From NCBI GenBank assembly GCA_018714565.1, contig DVNH01000026.1, positions 1-61,855 of the forward strand: 61,855 bases of DNA, read 5' to 3'. This document shows positions 30,120-41,396 of this stretch, in pieces (positions within the stretch are counted from its first letter, which is position 1; every line of letters begins with the position of its first letter). The translations under genes were made by a program, and so were the position numbers. The notes under the pieces were generated by a model, which was not told the DNA's origin, made no database searches, and worked only from the letters and a program-made list of their open reading frames with translations. This DNA is from Candidatus Merdicola faecigallinarum. Lineage in GTDB: Bacteria > Bacillota > Clostridia > TANB77 > CAG-508.

Positions 30120-31925
30120 CTATGGCGAAACTCTACGTTGTTGATCTATATTTCTGACAGTATCTAGTACTTTTTGATCTGGGTTTTCTTCTCCAGCGTA
30201 TGCATAACTGTCTCTCATTGCATATACATAACTTGCATATGCTTTATCTTGATCTTGAATCGAACTTGGATCTGAATTTAAAATATCTTCTGTTTTATCT
30301 CTTAATTGCCCTGTTGTATCAATACTTGGATTACTATCTGCATAATCGTTATATGCTTGAGCAAAGTAATCTTCGTTTTTCTTAATTCTTCTTGCTACTA
30401 CATTTTTGTCTACTTTATCTGCCGCTGCTGTTCCAATGTTACCTCCAACTGCATATCCTGCTACTGCATTTTTCATATCTCCAGTCGCTGCTCCTAGCAT
30501 CATCATGCCAATTTTTCCTCCTGCCTTTATTTGATTTCGTATTCCGGTTCTAGTAAATCCAGCTTTATTCCATACACCTTTCCCTACTCCAGCTACTTTA
30601 TGTCCTATGACTCCTGTCGCTTTTCTGATTCCTGATTTATTGGATGAATTATTATATGGAGAAGGTCCTCCTCCGTTACCTGCACCCATTGCTCCCTGAT
30701 ATCCTTGAGCAGCTTTTTGCACATTAGGTACAGAACCTCCAGCTCCAACCGGACCGGCCGCTTTCGCACTTCCTCCACCAGACGATCCACCTTTTTTGTT
30801 TCCTCTTAATAAGCCTAGCCCCGCTCCAACTAGCGCAGCCCCTGCTATACTATCACTTAAACTTCGAGCTTGGAATCCAAAAATATTTTTTAGAATCTTT
30901 TCTGCCTGGAAAATAAATATTAATATTATAATAGCAAGAATACTCGAACCTAGAGTACCATTCATTAATTCTGTTGCTGTAACTCCAAAACTCAAATAAA
31001 TAATACAATGGAACGGCTGAATTAATATATTATACACAAATTCTTTTAACCATGTATTTAAAGCTTGTGATTTTCCATCCCCCATTTTATCGATTGAATA
31101 TGTAATTGTTACAATTGGCGCAATCATAACTAAAAATGAAACTGTTATCATTCTTTTAATATACATAATTAAAAACATTAAAGTAATCGCAGTTAACATT
31201 ACATATACAATCGAGGAGCCTAATCCTACAGTAAGCCTTACGTCTAATGCTGTCATAAAAGTATCAGTAACAGCATCTCCAAATTTCGAATTGTTCGCAA
31301 GAGAATTTTTAAAAACATCTACTAGACCATCATTAATCTGTAATGTAAAAATAATAATATAATGTAGGATGAATATTAAAATAAAGCTTATTATCCAATC
31401 GGTTAACATTTTCTTATATTTTGCTTCTTCTTCTGCAACTGTTGTTAAAGTCATTCGAATTCCAACATACACTAAAATGGCAAGCAAAATTACGATTGCT
31501 AAATTTCTTAATGCATAATACCACTGTGCTATATTTTGACGAATTGTAAGGATTGGTCCTTCTACATCAAAATTAAAAATATTGACATCTGTTAATAGTA
31601 TATTATTAAATAGAATATCTTCTGGTGAGATAACGAGAGTATCTATCGCCCCCGACAAACCTCCTGTTGTCCCTCCTATTAAAGCAATTCCTCCAGCAAT
31701 TGCTCTTACACAAGTTCCTATAATTAAAATAAATAATTTTAATGGTAATAGTAAAATTCCTGCAACTCCATCAATAATAGTTCCTGCTATACTAAAAGCA
31801 GTTTCTAGAAATTGATTTTCTTCTTCTACTGTTGGCCCTGCAGCTTGTGATACCGACATAATGCAACTTGATATCATCATGATTGCTGAAATAACTAGTA
31901 CTAACTTTATAAATATCTTTTTCAT
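30120..31925 (-). CDS. VirB6/TrbL-like polytopic membrane protein
   Basis: WYYALRNLAIVILLAILVYVGIRM...KMLTDW core, APIVTITYSIDK, Gly-rich tail. Confidence 0.7.
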   Translation of the reverse strand: MKKIFIKLVLVISAIMMISSCIMSVSQAAGPTVEEENQFLETAFSIAGTIIDGVAGILLLPLKLFILIIGTCVRAIAGGIALIGGTTGGLSGAIDTLVISPEDILFNNILLTDVNIFNFDVEGPILTIRQNIAQWYYALRNLAIVILLAILVYVGIRMTLTTVAEEEAKYKKMLTDWIISFILIFILHYIIIFTLQINDGLVDVFKNSLANNSKFGDAVTDTFMTALDVRLTVGLGSSIVYVMLTAITLMFLIMYIKRMITVSFLVMIAPIVTITYSIDKMGDGKSQALNTWLKEFVYNILIQPFHCIIYLSFGVTATELMNGTLGSSILAIIILIFIFQAEKILKNIFGFQARSLSDSIAGAALVGAGLGLLRGNKKGGSSGGGSAKAAGPVGAGGSVPNVQKAAQGYQGAMGAGNGGGPSPYNNSSNKSGIRKATGVIGHKVAGVGKGVWNKAGFTRTGIRNQIKAGGKIGMMMLGAATGDMKNAVAGYAVGGNIGTAAADKVDKNVVARRIKKNEDYFAQAYNDYADSNPSIDTTGQLRDKTEDILNSDPSSIQDQDKAYASYVYAMRDSYAYAGEENPDQKVLDTVRNIDQQRRVSP

Positions 31926-31943
31926 ATCACTATATCCTTTCTT

Positions 31944-34900
31944 TTACTTGTTCATGATTGAATTATACAAATCAAATTTAGTAGATCCCTTAACTTTTTT
32001 CATTGTTAAAATTAGTTCTTCACTTGTAAATATCTCTTCGCCAAACTTTTCTTCATAACGATGATTCAATTCTCTTAATTTTTCTAGATCTTCACTAACT
32101 TCTTGAAAATCAAAATCTGTCGGTAATTTTTCTCTCTTTATACTATCCTTTTTATCTAGTCCTTTTTTTACAACACTTATAATTTCTTCTGCAGTATATA
32201 CTGCATTTCCAGAATCTTTTAGTTTTCTAGATAAATTGTCTACAATTTCATTTTTTGTTTTACTGTCAAATTTATTTGCATCTATATTATTATTTTCAAA
32301 GGATTTATCAAGTGCCTCCATAAAATCTCTTTTATCACTTGTTGTTGCCATTACCTTTTTTAGATCTTTTACAATGTTTATTTTCGCCTTTTCATCTATT
32401 TGCTCACTGACATTATTGTCTTTTAATGTCTCTTCTACTTCTTTTGCAAGTCTTCTATCATATTGTTCTACTAATGCTTCTTTTACATTGTAATTAGCTT
32501 CACTTACAGATATTTCTGGTTTTATTTCTGCCTCTATTTCCCCTCTACTTGCTCTTCTATCAATTGCATTTTGTACATTATCTAAAATCTCTTGTAAATC
32601 TCTTTCTTGTATCTTTTTCTTTCCTGTATCTTCTAAATAACTAGAAACTGCTTTTTCAATATCTTGCTTATCTACTTCTTTTAAAGTTTCATTTACTACT
32701 TTATCATATTGTTGTGATAATCTTGCTTCTAAACTATGGGATAATCCACCGCTTATTCCATTGTCACCTTCTCCTAATAGTCCTTGACTTCTTTTTGCTA
32801 GATTTGCATATCCAAGAATAATATTTTCTTCTAATTTTTTTGCATCTTCTAACATTTTTACATTTTGTATTCCTTTATTATTTTGTTTTTCAAAATCAGG
32901 AATTTGTTTTCCTCTTTCTGATAATCCCATTTTTAATGTATAGTGCATTGGCGCAGTAACTGCTTTGAATGGAAGAGCTGCCACCTTTCCAGTAAATAAT
33001 AGGGTTCCTTTTGCTGCTCTTTTAATTGTTAATTTTTCTTTTCTTCTATTCTTTCCATCTTTTCTACTTGATTTATATCCTCTTATAATTTCTTTTTGTG
33101 CTTTTTTCCTTGTACTTCTAAGTGCTAATAATGCCGCAGCTCCTTCCATTGGATTCATCACCAATGCTGGAATTGCTACAATACTTTTAGCCGTATATTT
33201 CACTACTCCTGTGCCAAAAGAAATTGGTTTTCTTAAATTTCTTTTAAATAAAACTTTATTTAGTCTCTTTTGTTGCCTAATCTTTTGATCAATGTTACTT
33301 ACTGTTTGTATATTGTTTGTTCTTCGTTTATTTAAAAAGTTTCCTTCTCCTAAAACTTTATCTGCTGTTTGATTATACCAATTATTAAAACGATATCGAG
33401 TTGTTTCTGGTAAAATGACTCCTCCAATTTGTCCTACTGTGGATCCTACTCCCTTAATAACTCTTCCAGACATTTTTGCTGCTACTCCATAAAAACCTAA
33501 TGCACCTCTTACTGCTGCAATTCCAATAAATGCATTTTTCATAGAATCTGGTGCAAGCATACTACTTAAAGATTTCGACCCTTCCATATTGAAAATATGT
33601 GTAAAAATTCGCTCTGCTTTTAACATAAAGTTCATAACAATAAAAGCAAATACAATTCCTGCCAAACCTGTTTCTGATTCATCAATCGCCATTACCATAA
33701 AAATAGTATACAACATTGCATGTACTGTCTGAATCATAGTAGTAAAAATAAAATCCTTTAACCACATAGATAAACTTTGACTCTTGCTATCTCTTATTTT
33801 ATCTATAGCATAACTAATACCAATAATTGGAGCTAGTATCGCTAATATATTAATCGTTAAATATCTTTTAATATATACATAAAAGAATCGTATTACCATA
33901 TAAACCAAAACCATATACATAACTGTTCCTGCAAGTCCAGAAGTAAATTTTAATTCATATGCTTTGGTTCTTACCGTTTCATAAATAGATACCTCTTGAT
34001 TTGGTGAAGAATTAGCAAATAATTTAACTGCATATTCATTTATATTCAAAACAAACATCATAATATAATGCATTGTGAATACAAGAATAAATCCTACAAT
34101 CCAATCTTTCAAATATCTTTTGTAAACAGCTTTTTCTTCCGCTACTGTTGATATTGCCATTCGAATTCCTATATAAATTAATATAACAAGTAATACAATG
34201 ATTGCTATTGTTCGAAATGCATAATACCATTTTGCTATATTTCTTTTAATAATACTTAAAGTTCCATCTTCTTTTAATTTCTGTCCACCAGCTTCTTCTA
34301 AGTTAAATATATTAACGTCTAATATAGGTACTTGATTATATATAATTTTTTCAACTGTTAATCTATCATTTTTATCTGTAAACATACCTGTAACTGTTTC
34401 TGTTGCTGCGGGTGTATATTGATTACCTGTTTCTTCTGTTGTTTGTGTATCTACTGTATTTTCATCTGGAGAATCCGTTGTTGTTCCTCCAGCTGCGTCA
34501 GGATCTATTCCAGATGTATCTGTAGATTCAATTTGTGTTCCGGTAATTTCATTTACCATATCTGTAATAACATTTTCAATAATGGTTGTCCATCCTATCA
34601 ATTGAATTTTTATTCCCATTGTTAAAATTCCAACAAGATAATCTGCAATTTGAGACAATTTATTGAATATCCATTTCAATGCGTTTTTCACAGGATCTGA
34701 AGAACCAGTGTATCCTCCTCTAGATGGCATACCATTATATCCAAAATCTTTTTCTTTGTCTTTTGATAAAGAATCCAAGCCGGATATAATTGGAGCTAAA
34801 TCACCTTCATTCAGTTCTTGCGCTGCTGTTTCTGATAAACGGTACACTTTGTCATACACTCTATTCGCTCCGGGTCCATAAGTAGCCATCATATAGTTAG

Positions 34901-35441
34901 CATTTCCATATTCCTCTAGAGTCGTATAAGTTAGTCCTCCATTTGGTCCAGCTCCTCTTGAATCAATCAGTTTATCATTTCCTACATAAATCATAACATG
35001 GTGATGATTTGCTAAAATGTCCCCTGGCAATAATTCTTGTCCTGTTACATCATCGAATAATTCTGGAAAGTTTGGTGTATATCTTGTTGGCGTAACAAAT
35101 CCACAAGCACCACTTCTAACACTTTCTCTATCCAAGCCCGTAGCATGGTGAATTGCATAACTTACCCATCCAACACAATCCATTCCATATTGCTCCATAC
35201 TTCCTACAACTTCTTCTTGATATGCAGCACCTCTTACACTTGGTGTATAATCATATTTTACTCTAGTTCCATATTTATTATAAAAATCGATTGCAAAACT
35301 TGCAATTGCTGCTCTGGCCTTGCTTACATCCACTGCCGCTTCTACTTTTACAGGAACAACAAAAGGACATAGTAAACTTACTAATATTAATGCAATTATT
35401 AACTTATTTAAGATTCTGTGTCCTTTCTTCATATTTTTCAC
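31944..35441 (-). CDS. NlpC/P60-like domain fused to a VirB6-like membrane protein (1165 aa)
   Basis: Signal/TM; MDCVGWVSY...GDIL...HHVMIYVG (Cys-His); VirB6-like core WYYAFRTIAII...IRM...LKDW; long charged C-tail. Confidence 0.7.
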   Translation of the reverse strand: MKNMKKGHRILNKLIIALILVSLLCPFVVPVKVEAAVDVSKARAAIASFAIDFYNKYGTRVKYDYTPSVRGAAYQEEVVGSMEQYGMDCVGWVSYAIHHATGLDRESVRSGACGFVTPTRYTPNFPELFDDVTGQELLPGDILANHHHVMIYVGNDKLIDSRGAGPNGGLTYTTLEEYGNANYMMATYGPGANRVYDKVYRLSETAAQELNEGDLAPIISGLDSLSKDKEKDFGYNGMPSRGGYTGSSDPVKNALKWIFNKLSQIADYLVGILTMGIKIQLIGWTTIIENVITDMVNEITGTQIESTDTSGIDPDAAGGTTTDSPDENTVDTQTTEETGNQYTPAATETVTGMFTDKNDRLTVEKIIYNQVPILDVNIFNLEEAGGQKLKEDGTLSIIKRNIAKWYYAFRTIAIIVLLVILIYIGIRMAISTVAEEKAVYKRYLKDWIVGFILVFTMHYIMMFVLNINEYAVKLFANSSPNQEVSIYETVRTKAYELKFTSGLAGTVMYMVLVYMVIRFFYVYIKRYLTINILAILAPIIGISYAIDKIRDSKSQSLSMWLKDFIFTTMIQTVHAMLYTIFMVMAIDESETGLAGIVFAFIVMNFMLKAERIFTHIFNMEGSKSLSSMLAPDSMKNAFIGIAAVRGALGFYGVAAKMSGRVIKGVGSTVGQIGGVILPETTRYRFNNWYNQTADKVLGEGNFLNKRRTNNIQTVSNIDQKIRQQKRLNKVLFKRNLRKPISFGTGVVKYTAKSIVAIPALVMNPMEGAAALLALRSTRKKAQKEIIRGYKSSRKDGKNRRKEKLTIKRAAKGTLLFTGKVAALPFKAVTAPMHYTLKMGLSERGKQIPDFEKQNNKGIQNVKMLEDAKKLEENIILGYANLAKRSQGLLGEGDNGISGGLSHSLEARLSQQYDKVVNETLKEVDKQDIEKAVSSYLEDTGKKKIQERDLQEILDNVQNAIDRRASRGEIEAEIKPEISVSEANYNVKEALVEQYDRRLAKEVEETLKDNNVSEQIDEKAKINIVKDLKKVMATTSDKRDFMEALDKSFENNNIDANKFDSKTKNEIVDNLSRKLKDSGNAVYTAEEIISVVKKGLDKKDSIKREKLPTDFDFQEVSEDLEKLRELNHRYEEKFGEEIFTSEELILTMKKVKGSTKFDLYNSIMNK

Positions 35442-35445
35442 CTTT

Positions 35446-36951
35446 TCATCTAATTTCTATTTTTACTTTTTTATCATCATATTTTAATATATTTCCTTCT
35501 TCAATACCTTGTATATTAAACTCTTCATTTTGTTCTATCAAAACTTCGCTTGTTCTTTCAATTGGGTCATATATATAAATTCCTTGGTATGCAATACTAT
35601 AAATAAATTTTCGATCATTTAGCCAAGCATATGTATTAATATTTGCTTTTAATTCATTGTTTGCATATTCTCCATTTTGAGATAAAAATCTTATTTTCTC
35701 TATTGTATTATCATCATATCTCTCAATATAATATGAAAATAATTGACTATTCCCTAAATTTTTCTCTTTTTCTTCATACTCATAAAAACTATCATAAAAA
35801 TAGTTTCTATTTCTTTGCTCTGCAATCCTATTTATTTCATTTAGATATACTAAATTTTCATCTGTGTCAAAGTATACTTTTCCAGTATCCATCATATTCT
35901 TTAATTTCTCATTGTTTGCATCTTGATAATTAGAATAAATATGGATTCCATCTTTGTTTGCACTGCTTACTTGTATTTTTATTCCTTTTAAGGTATAGCA
36001 TAACTCATATCCATTTTCATTGGATATATAATTATCATAATCTGACCATATTGTAGTTAATTGGTTCGTAAAACTTTGAAAATCAGAGTCTTCTACATAT
36101 TTTTCTAATAGATTATTAAATTCTTCGTTATTTTGTTTATCAATACGATAAATTGAAATCTCTTTTTCTGAAAAGAATATATACATCTCTTTTGTTTTAT
36201 ATCCAATCATTTTTACATCATTTTCTCTCCACAAAGGCTCTCCTAATATCTTTTCCACTTCTTCTAACGAAGTTCCTACTCTAATTCCATTGATTACACT
36301 ATTTAAATATTTTTCATTAAATACAATATTAAAAATCTTACTAGAAACGGTTCTTACTTCGATTCCTTCTTCAAAGTAAATCTCATAGTTTTCGAAATCG
36401 CTTTCTTTACTTCCAAAATTCACATCCGTTGTTGTCCATTTATTTTGTATTGCAGTTAAAATTTCCTTTGAATTAATTTCTGCATTTATTGTCCTTTCTG
36501 CCTGATAATTTTCCACATTTTCTTTTGAATTCTGCTTTGAAAAATAATCTTCTATTCCATTAATTGTATATTTTTCTAAAATTCCATTATTAGTATCACA
36601 GTATATTTCTATTGTGATTTCTCTTTTTTGATCGATTAGTCTCATACTTTTATAAGAGTTTACTCTTGTTACAAGTCCAATTAAATTATTAAAAAATCTT
36701 TCATTACTAATATTATTTTCATATAAATCATGATTGAATTCTACATATATATCTTCCTCAAATTCTTCTTTTCCTTTTTCTGTTCTAATATAATTGCAAC
36801 CCAAATATTCTAACACTTCTTTTACTGTAGAAAAATCTTCTACAGAGGTATATTCTTTTTTTCTATTATAACTTGCTAAGTATATAATGAGTCCAATGAT
36901 AATAACGATAACAATAATAGCAATTATCATAATTCTTTTTCTCTTTTTCAT
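35446..36951 (-). CDS. Membrane-anchored hypothetical protein (501 aa)
   Basis: Basic N-terminus plus TM, then a large soluble domain; inside the T4SS run. Confidence 0.75.
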   Translation of the reverse strand: MKKRKRIMIIAIIVIVIIIGLIIYLASYNRKKEYTSVEDFSTVKEVLEYLGCNYIRTEKGKEEFEEDIYVEFNHDLYENNISNERFFNNLIGLVTRVNSYKSMRLIDQKREITIEIYCDTNNGILEKYTINGIEDYFSKQNSKENVENYQAERTINAEINSKEILTAIQNKWTTTDVNFGSKESDFENYEIYFEEGIEVRTVSSKIFNIVFNEKYLNSVINGIRVGTSLEEVEKILGEPLWRENDVKMIGYKTKEMYIFFSEKEISIYRIDKQNNEEFNNLLEKYVEDSDFQSFTNQLTTIWSDYDNYISNENGYELCYTLKGIKIQVSSANKDGIHIYSNYQDANNEKLKNMMDTGKVYFDTDENLVYLNEINRIAEQRNRNYFYDSFYEYEEKEKNLGNSQLFSYYIERYDDNTIEKIRFLSQNGEYANNELKANINTYAWLNDRKFIYSIAYQGIYIYDPIERTSEVLIEQNEEFNIQGIEEGNILKYDDKKVKIEIR

Positions 36952-36955
36952 ATTT

Positions 36956-38170
36956 TCATATATACCTCCTCAATCTTAAAGTTGCAATTGAGTTAATCGA
37001 ACTTAATCCTCTCATATTGAATATATTCTTGATAATCTTTTCTCCTCTTGACAATGCTCCAAAAAATAAAATTGCTAATAATGGCGCCGCTGCTGCAATT
37101 TCTGCTGCTGAAGCAATAAATACAATATAGATAATAGCATGCAATGGCTGAATAAATACGTTCACTAAAAATTCCTTTAACCAATTCTTATATGCTTGTG
37201 CCTTGTCATCTTTTACTTTATCAATACAATATGTTGCACTAATTAACGGTGAGATTAATAAAAGCAAAGCAGTTGATAATAATCTTTTCAAATATAATAA
37301 TAAAAATTTAAGCTGATAATAAATAATAATCCAATACAAAATACATGCTGTAACATAATTCCAACCTTTTGTATTACTCATTTTATTTTTTAATGCTTTG
37401 CTATCTGCGTTTCCATTTCCTTCTAAAATTGTTGCTTCTAAGTTATTATTTTGTTCAGGAATAATCTCCAGAATCCCTTCTGAAACAGTGATTGCTACTG
37501 TTGCAATATATTGAAACAAAAATATTAAGCAAAATCCTATAAGCCAATTGATTAACATTTTTTTATATTTAGCCTTGTCATCCCCTAAAGTAGAAATAGT
37601 CATCCTAATCCCAATGTAAATTAATAATACCAAAGCAATTACAATTGCTAATTTTCGAATTGCTACATACCATTTAGCCACCATCTGCTTTATCTTAGTA
37701 TTTGCATCATCTCCTGTTGTTGGTACATCAAAAAAATCGATATTAAATAGTTTAAATTTTCCAAATACTAAATCTTGTATTGAAAATTCTTCGATTGAAA
37801 AATTTGAATCTTCTTGGCTAATCACAAAATAGCTCATGATTGAACTAATCATTGTAGGAAAAATATTGATTACTTGAGCTAAAATTCCAGCCAGTGCACC
37901 ACCAGTACTTGTTGTATTTCTAGCGGTTGTCGTCTCTTCCGTTATTTCATACGTATCCTCGTCTTGTTTTGTTCCAGGATATATGGAAGTTTCACCACTA
38001 TCTGCCATATCTTCTGCTAGATTAGGATCTGTTGCTTGTTCAATTTCGTTTAAACTTTCACTCTGAATAGATCCGCTAATCTCATTTGGATAATCCGCTC
38101 TTACTTCTATACTAAATATTAAATTAAAAACTAATACGGCTATTATACTCGCAATAGTAAGTTTTTTCAT
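36956..38170 (-). CDS. VirB6-like polytopic membrane protein
   Basis: Same core as 30120 and 31944: WYVAIRKLAIVI...IGIRMTISTLGDDKAKYKKMLINW. Confidence 0.7.
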   Translation of the reverse strand: MKKLTIASIIAVLVFNLIFSIEVRADYPNEISGSIQSESLNEIEQATDPNLAEDMADSGETSIYPGTKQDEDTYEITEETTTARNTTSTGGALAGILAQVINIFPTMISSIMSYFVISQEDSNFSIEEFSIQDLVFGKFKLFNIDFFDVPTTGDDANTKIKQMVAKWYVAIRKLAIVIALVLLIYIGIRMTISTLGDDKAKYKKMLINWLIGFCLIFLFQYIATVAITVSEGILEIIPEQNNNLEATILEGNGNADSKALKNKMSNTKGWNYVTACILYWIIIYYQLKFLLLYLKRLLSTALLLLISPLISATYCIDKVKDDKAQAYKNWLKEFLVNVFIQPLHAIIYIVFIASAAEIAAAAPLLAILFFGALSRGEKIIKNIFNMRGLSSINSIATLRLRRYI

Positions 38171-40150
38171 TTAATTTTTCCCTTCTATTTTACTTCGTTT
38201 TTTTGATTCTCTAATCTTTCTCATCTCATTAACATTTGTTTCAACAAATTCAAATTCTTTCTTTGTAGGTCGAATTGCAAGAATTGCTGTATCTGCTCCT
38301 ACTTTCAATAATCCTTCTCCTCTATTACAAGTTGTTAAGAAAGCTGCTTCTCCTTCGCTTAGTTTAAATACTTCTTTTATATATTGAATTTCTGATTTAT
38401 CCTGTGCTAAGAATAGTTTTGTATCAGATGATGTTAAAACTGCTTGTACTTCTGGCTTTTCATAAAAGTCTTGGAATTTTTGAGACATAACTGCCAAAGA
38501 AACATTTCTTTTTCTTGCACGTCTTGCCATTGTATTTAAAAAGTCTACGGCTTCTGGATATGGAAGTAACATCCAAGCTTCATCAATTAATACTCTTTTT
38601 TGTTTTGCTTTTTCTTTATCTTCACTATTTTTCTTAACATATTTTTCCCAAATCCAAGAAAGTAATATTTGTTGTGCAAGTGGTCTTGCGAATCTTTCCT
38701 CTAATTGAGATATATCCAAATTAATAAATGGAACCCCATCTAATAATTCAAAAGTAGATTGCCCATCGAAATATGCCATCTGTCCATTGTATTCTCTAAC
38801 ATATTGCTTCATAACTTTTATCAAATAGCTGTAATGAAATCTATAATCTGGATTTTCGTTTTTCTTTGCATTTTCTTGAATGCGTTTATACCAAGATCCA
38901 ATTGTTGGCATTTCTTTTTTTGGTCTTCCTAAATAATCTTTTGAGAATGTTTTTCCTTTATCTTCTACATATAAACTGTTAATATCATTGGTAATTCCTC
39001 TTGCTGCATATTCTTGATAAATTGCTTCTGCTATAATTTGTTTTGTAAGCTCATTTACTTCTTCACTTCTTGTACTACCTCTTGCCATTGTAAGTAATGC
39101 TTGCGTAACATCTTCTACTTTATTTTCTAAATTTAATGCAACTTTTTCTCTCCCTGTAATTTCATCCTTAATAATTTCAGACTCTAAGTCAAACAAATTG
39201 ATAATCGTATTTGAATTTGGACTGATTGTTACATTTATTCCACCTAAAGCATCTGCAACAACTCCATACTCGCCTTCCGCATCTAGTGCTAAACTTTCAA
39301 TTCCCATTAGTACAGATGATCTTGCCGTCAACGTCTTTATCGTAACACCTTTACCAGCTCCAGATTTACCAAAGATTACCATATTGTAGTTTGTAAGTGA
39401 AGGATTGAAGTTATCAAACAAAATTGGTACTCCTGTTTGTTTATTAAATCCTAGTGGAATTCCATGGTCGTGTCCTACTTCTGATGAAAAGAAAGGAAAT
39501 ACGGTTGCCATAGAACTTCTATCAAACGCATGAGATTTGTTAATTTTATTATCATTAAATGGTAAATTACTTTTAAATGCATCTTCTTGTATTGCCCAGG
39601 CTGGTTTAATACCAATTAATGTCTTAGACATTTCAGAAGATAGTAATTCGGTATCTTTATCTAATTCCTCTAAACTATATGCAAATAAAGTACATATAAT
39701 AGATGCCTCAAATAGCTTATTAAAACCACTAGCAATCTGATCTCTTAATTCTTCTGCCTCTAATCTTTTTTGTGCTAGGATTCTTTCACGGTTAATATCC
39801 CCTCTGTCAATCGCTACAATTCTTTCAGACTCTAATTCATTAATTGTTCTATTTAAGTCTGTTTGTGATGTACTTTCACTAACTGGACTAATAAATACAG
39901 AAGTATTTAAATCTCCGAACGTATACATACTTCTTAAAAATTCTGGAAATGTACACATTCTAGGTATTGTAGATACTACCATGCTTCTGGCATATCTTGT
40001 TCTTCCAGAAACGATTTCTAAATGATTAATATTAGAAGCATCTACTCCTGCTGGCGCAATTAAATCTTTGATTCCTTTTCGATTCTTTTCAAGCATTCCA
40101 GTAGGTCTTTTCTCTATATTTTCTGTTTCTTTTTTTAACCCTAACTTCAT
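38171..40150 (-). CDS. virB4: VirB4-family T4SS ATPase
   Basis: Walker A GKSGAGKG, LDAEGEY, Walker B VLIDEAW, RRARKRN, SQKFQDF motifs. Confidence 0.9.
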   Translation of the reverse strand: MKLGLKKETENIEKRPTGMLEKNRKGIKDLIAPAGVDASNINHLEIVSGRTRYARSMVVSTIPRMCTFPEFLRSMYTFGDLNTSVFISPVSESTSQTDLNRTINELESERIVAIDRGDINRERILAQKRLEAEELRDQIASGFNKLFEASIICTLFAYSLEELDKDTELLSSEMSKTLIGIKPAWAIQEDAFKSNLPFNDNKINKSHAFDRSSMATVFPFFSSEVGHDHGIPLGFNKQTGVPILFDNFNPSLTNYNMVIFGKSGAGKGVTIKTLTARSSVLMGIESLALDAEGEYGVVADALGGINVTISPNSNTIINLFDLESEIIKDEITGREKVALNLENKVEDVTQALLTMARGSTRSEEVNELTKQIIAEAIYQEYAARGITNDINSLYVEDKGKTFSKDYLGRPKKEMPTIGSWYKRIQENAKKNENPDYRFHYSYLIKVMKQYVREYNGQMAYFDGQSTFELLDGVPFINLDISQLEERFARPLAQQILLSWIWEKYVKKNSEDKEKAKQKRVLIDEAWMLLPYPEAVDFLNTMARRARKRNVSLAVMSQKFQDFYEKPEVQAVLTSSDTKLFLAQDKSEIQYIKEVFKLSEGEAAFLTTCNRGEGLLKVGADTAILAIRPTKKEFEFVETNVNEMRKIRESKKRSKIEGKN

Positions 40151-40189
40151 TTTTCTTATCCTCCCATCTTTTGTTTACAATGTTTGCCT

Positions 40190-41395
40190 TTAACCACTTA
40201 CTTTCTTTGCCTTTGGTCCTCTTTTAGAAGTCTTTGTCGCTTTTTCTTCTACTATCTCTTTATTTTCTTTTGTATCTTTTCTCTGTTTTCCCTGGTTTTT
40301 TATCTCCTGTTTTGTTTTTTCATATAAGTCTGGCTCCATTTTATCTTTATATTCTTCAATAATTTCTAAGGCTTTGCTTTTTACCTTTTCTTTTAAGTCT
40401 TTTTCTTCTTTTCTCTTTTTATCTGCGATTAAAATACTATCTGTTGCTAAATCCATCGCTTGAATTTCAATTTCTTCTTCTATCTTTTCTTGTTTTTTCT
40501 GTAAAACATCTTTTCCTGTACTATATAAAGCATCATATTGAGCATCTAGTGCCTTTGATAATTGATATAATTCAGAATCATCTCTGTTATAAGCAATATA
40601 TAATAATTCTGCAATTTCTTCTGAATCTAAAACTCTACCAAATACTTGCGCTGTTCCCAAAGAACGAATTACGGATTGACATCTAGTATATAACTCTGAA
40701 AAACAAATATTTCTTACTTCCTCTTTTGAATAATTACTAATATTACCCGCTTCATTTGCAAAATAAGAAAGAACAACATATGTTTTTTGTTGTAATACAT
40801 TTTTATTTAAACTCATTCTTCCAACATAAGATGCCATATCTTGGCCATACTCTAATACATTTTGTTTTCTACGAATTTCGAATGCTAACCTTTCTTCTCT
40901 TTCTACATTTCCAATCCTTACTGCTTCTTTTCTCTGTTCTTCTAATTTTCTAATCGAATCCGATATTGTATCTACTTTTGCTTGATATTCTTCCAAAATA
41001 TTTTTTAAGTTAACACTTCTTGTTTGTACATACAATTGAATTGGAAAACGAAGTGTATTTAAAAATTGTACAAATCCTGCTTCTACAGACATTTTTTCTT
41101 CTTCTGATAATAAATCGTAATTTATACCTTTACACTGAATTATCATAACAAATTGCTCGTTATTCTTACGAATAATCATATCATCTTTAATTTCATCAAA
41201 TTCTAATAATTTGTTTATTTCTTCTTTTGTAATTCCATTAAAAGTTCCTACATTTTTTTGTGAATCTTTGATTTCCTGTCTCTCTTCTTTTAATTGTTTA
41301 TTTCGGTATACAATCAAAAAATATGCTGCAGCTAATCCTATAATGACAACAACCAATACTACTAATACAATATTTAGCCATAATATTACATCCAT
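40190..41395 (-). CDS. VirB4-associated membrane protein of Gram-positive/CPR-type T4SS
   Basis: TM then INYDLLSEEEK...FLNTLRFPIQLYVQTR, the pattern of the gene between prgI and virB4 in such systems. Confidence 0.65.
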   Translation of the reverse strand: MDVILWLNIVLVVLVVVIIGLAAAYFLIVYRNKQLKEERQEIKDSQKNVGTFNGITKEEINKLLEFDEIKDDMIIRKNNEQFVMIIQCKGINYDLLSEEEKMSVEAGFVQFLNTLRFPIQLYVQTRSVNLKNILEEYQAKVDTISDSIRKLEEQRKEAVRIGNVEREERLAFEIRRKQNVLEYGQDMASYVGRMSLNKNVLQQKTYVVLSYFANEAGNISNYSKEEVRNICFSELYTRCQSVIRSLGTAQVFGRVLDSEEIAELLYIAYNRDDSELYQLSKALDAQYDALYSTGKDVLQKKQEKIEEEIEIQAMDLATDSILIADKKRKEEKDLKEKVKSKALEIIEEYKDKMEPDLYEKTKQEIKNQGKQRKDTKENKEIVEEKATKTSKRGPKAKKVSG

Positions 41396-41396
41396 T

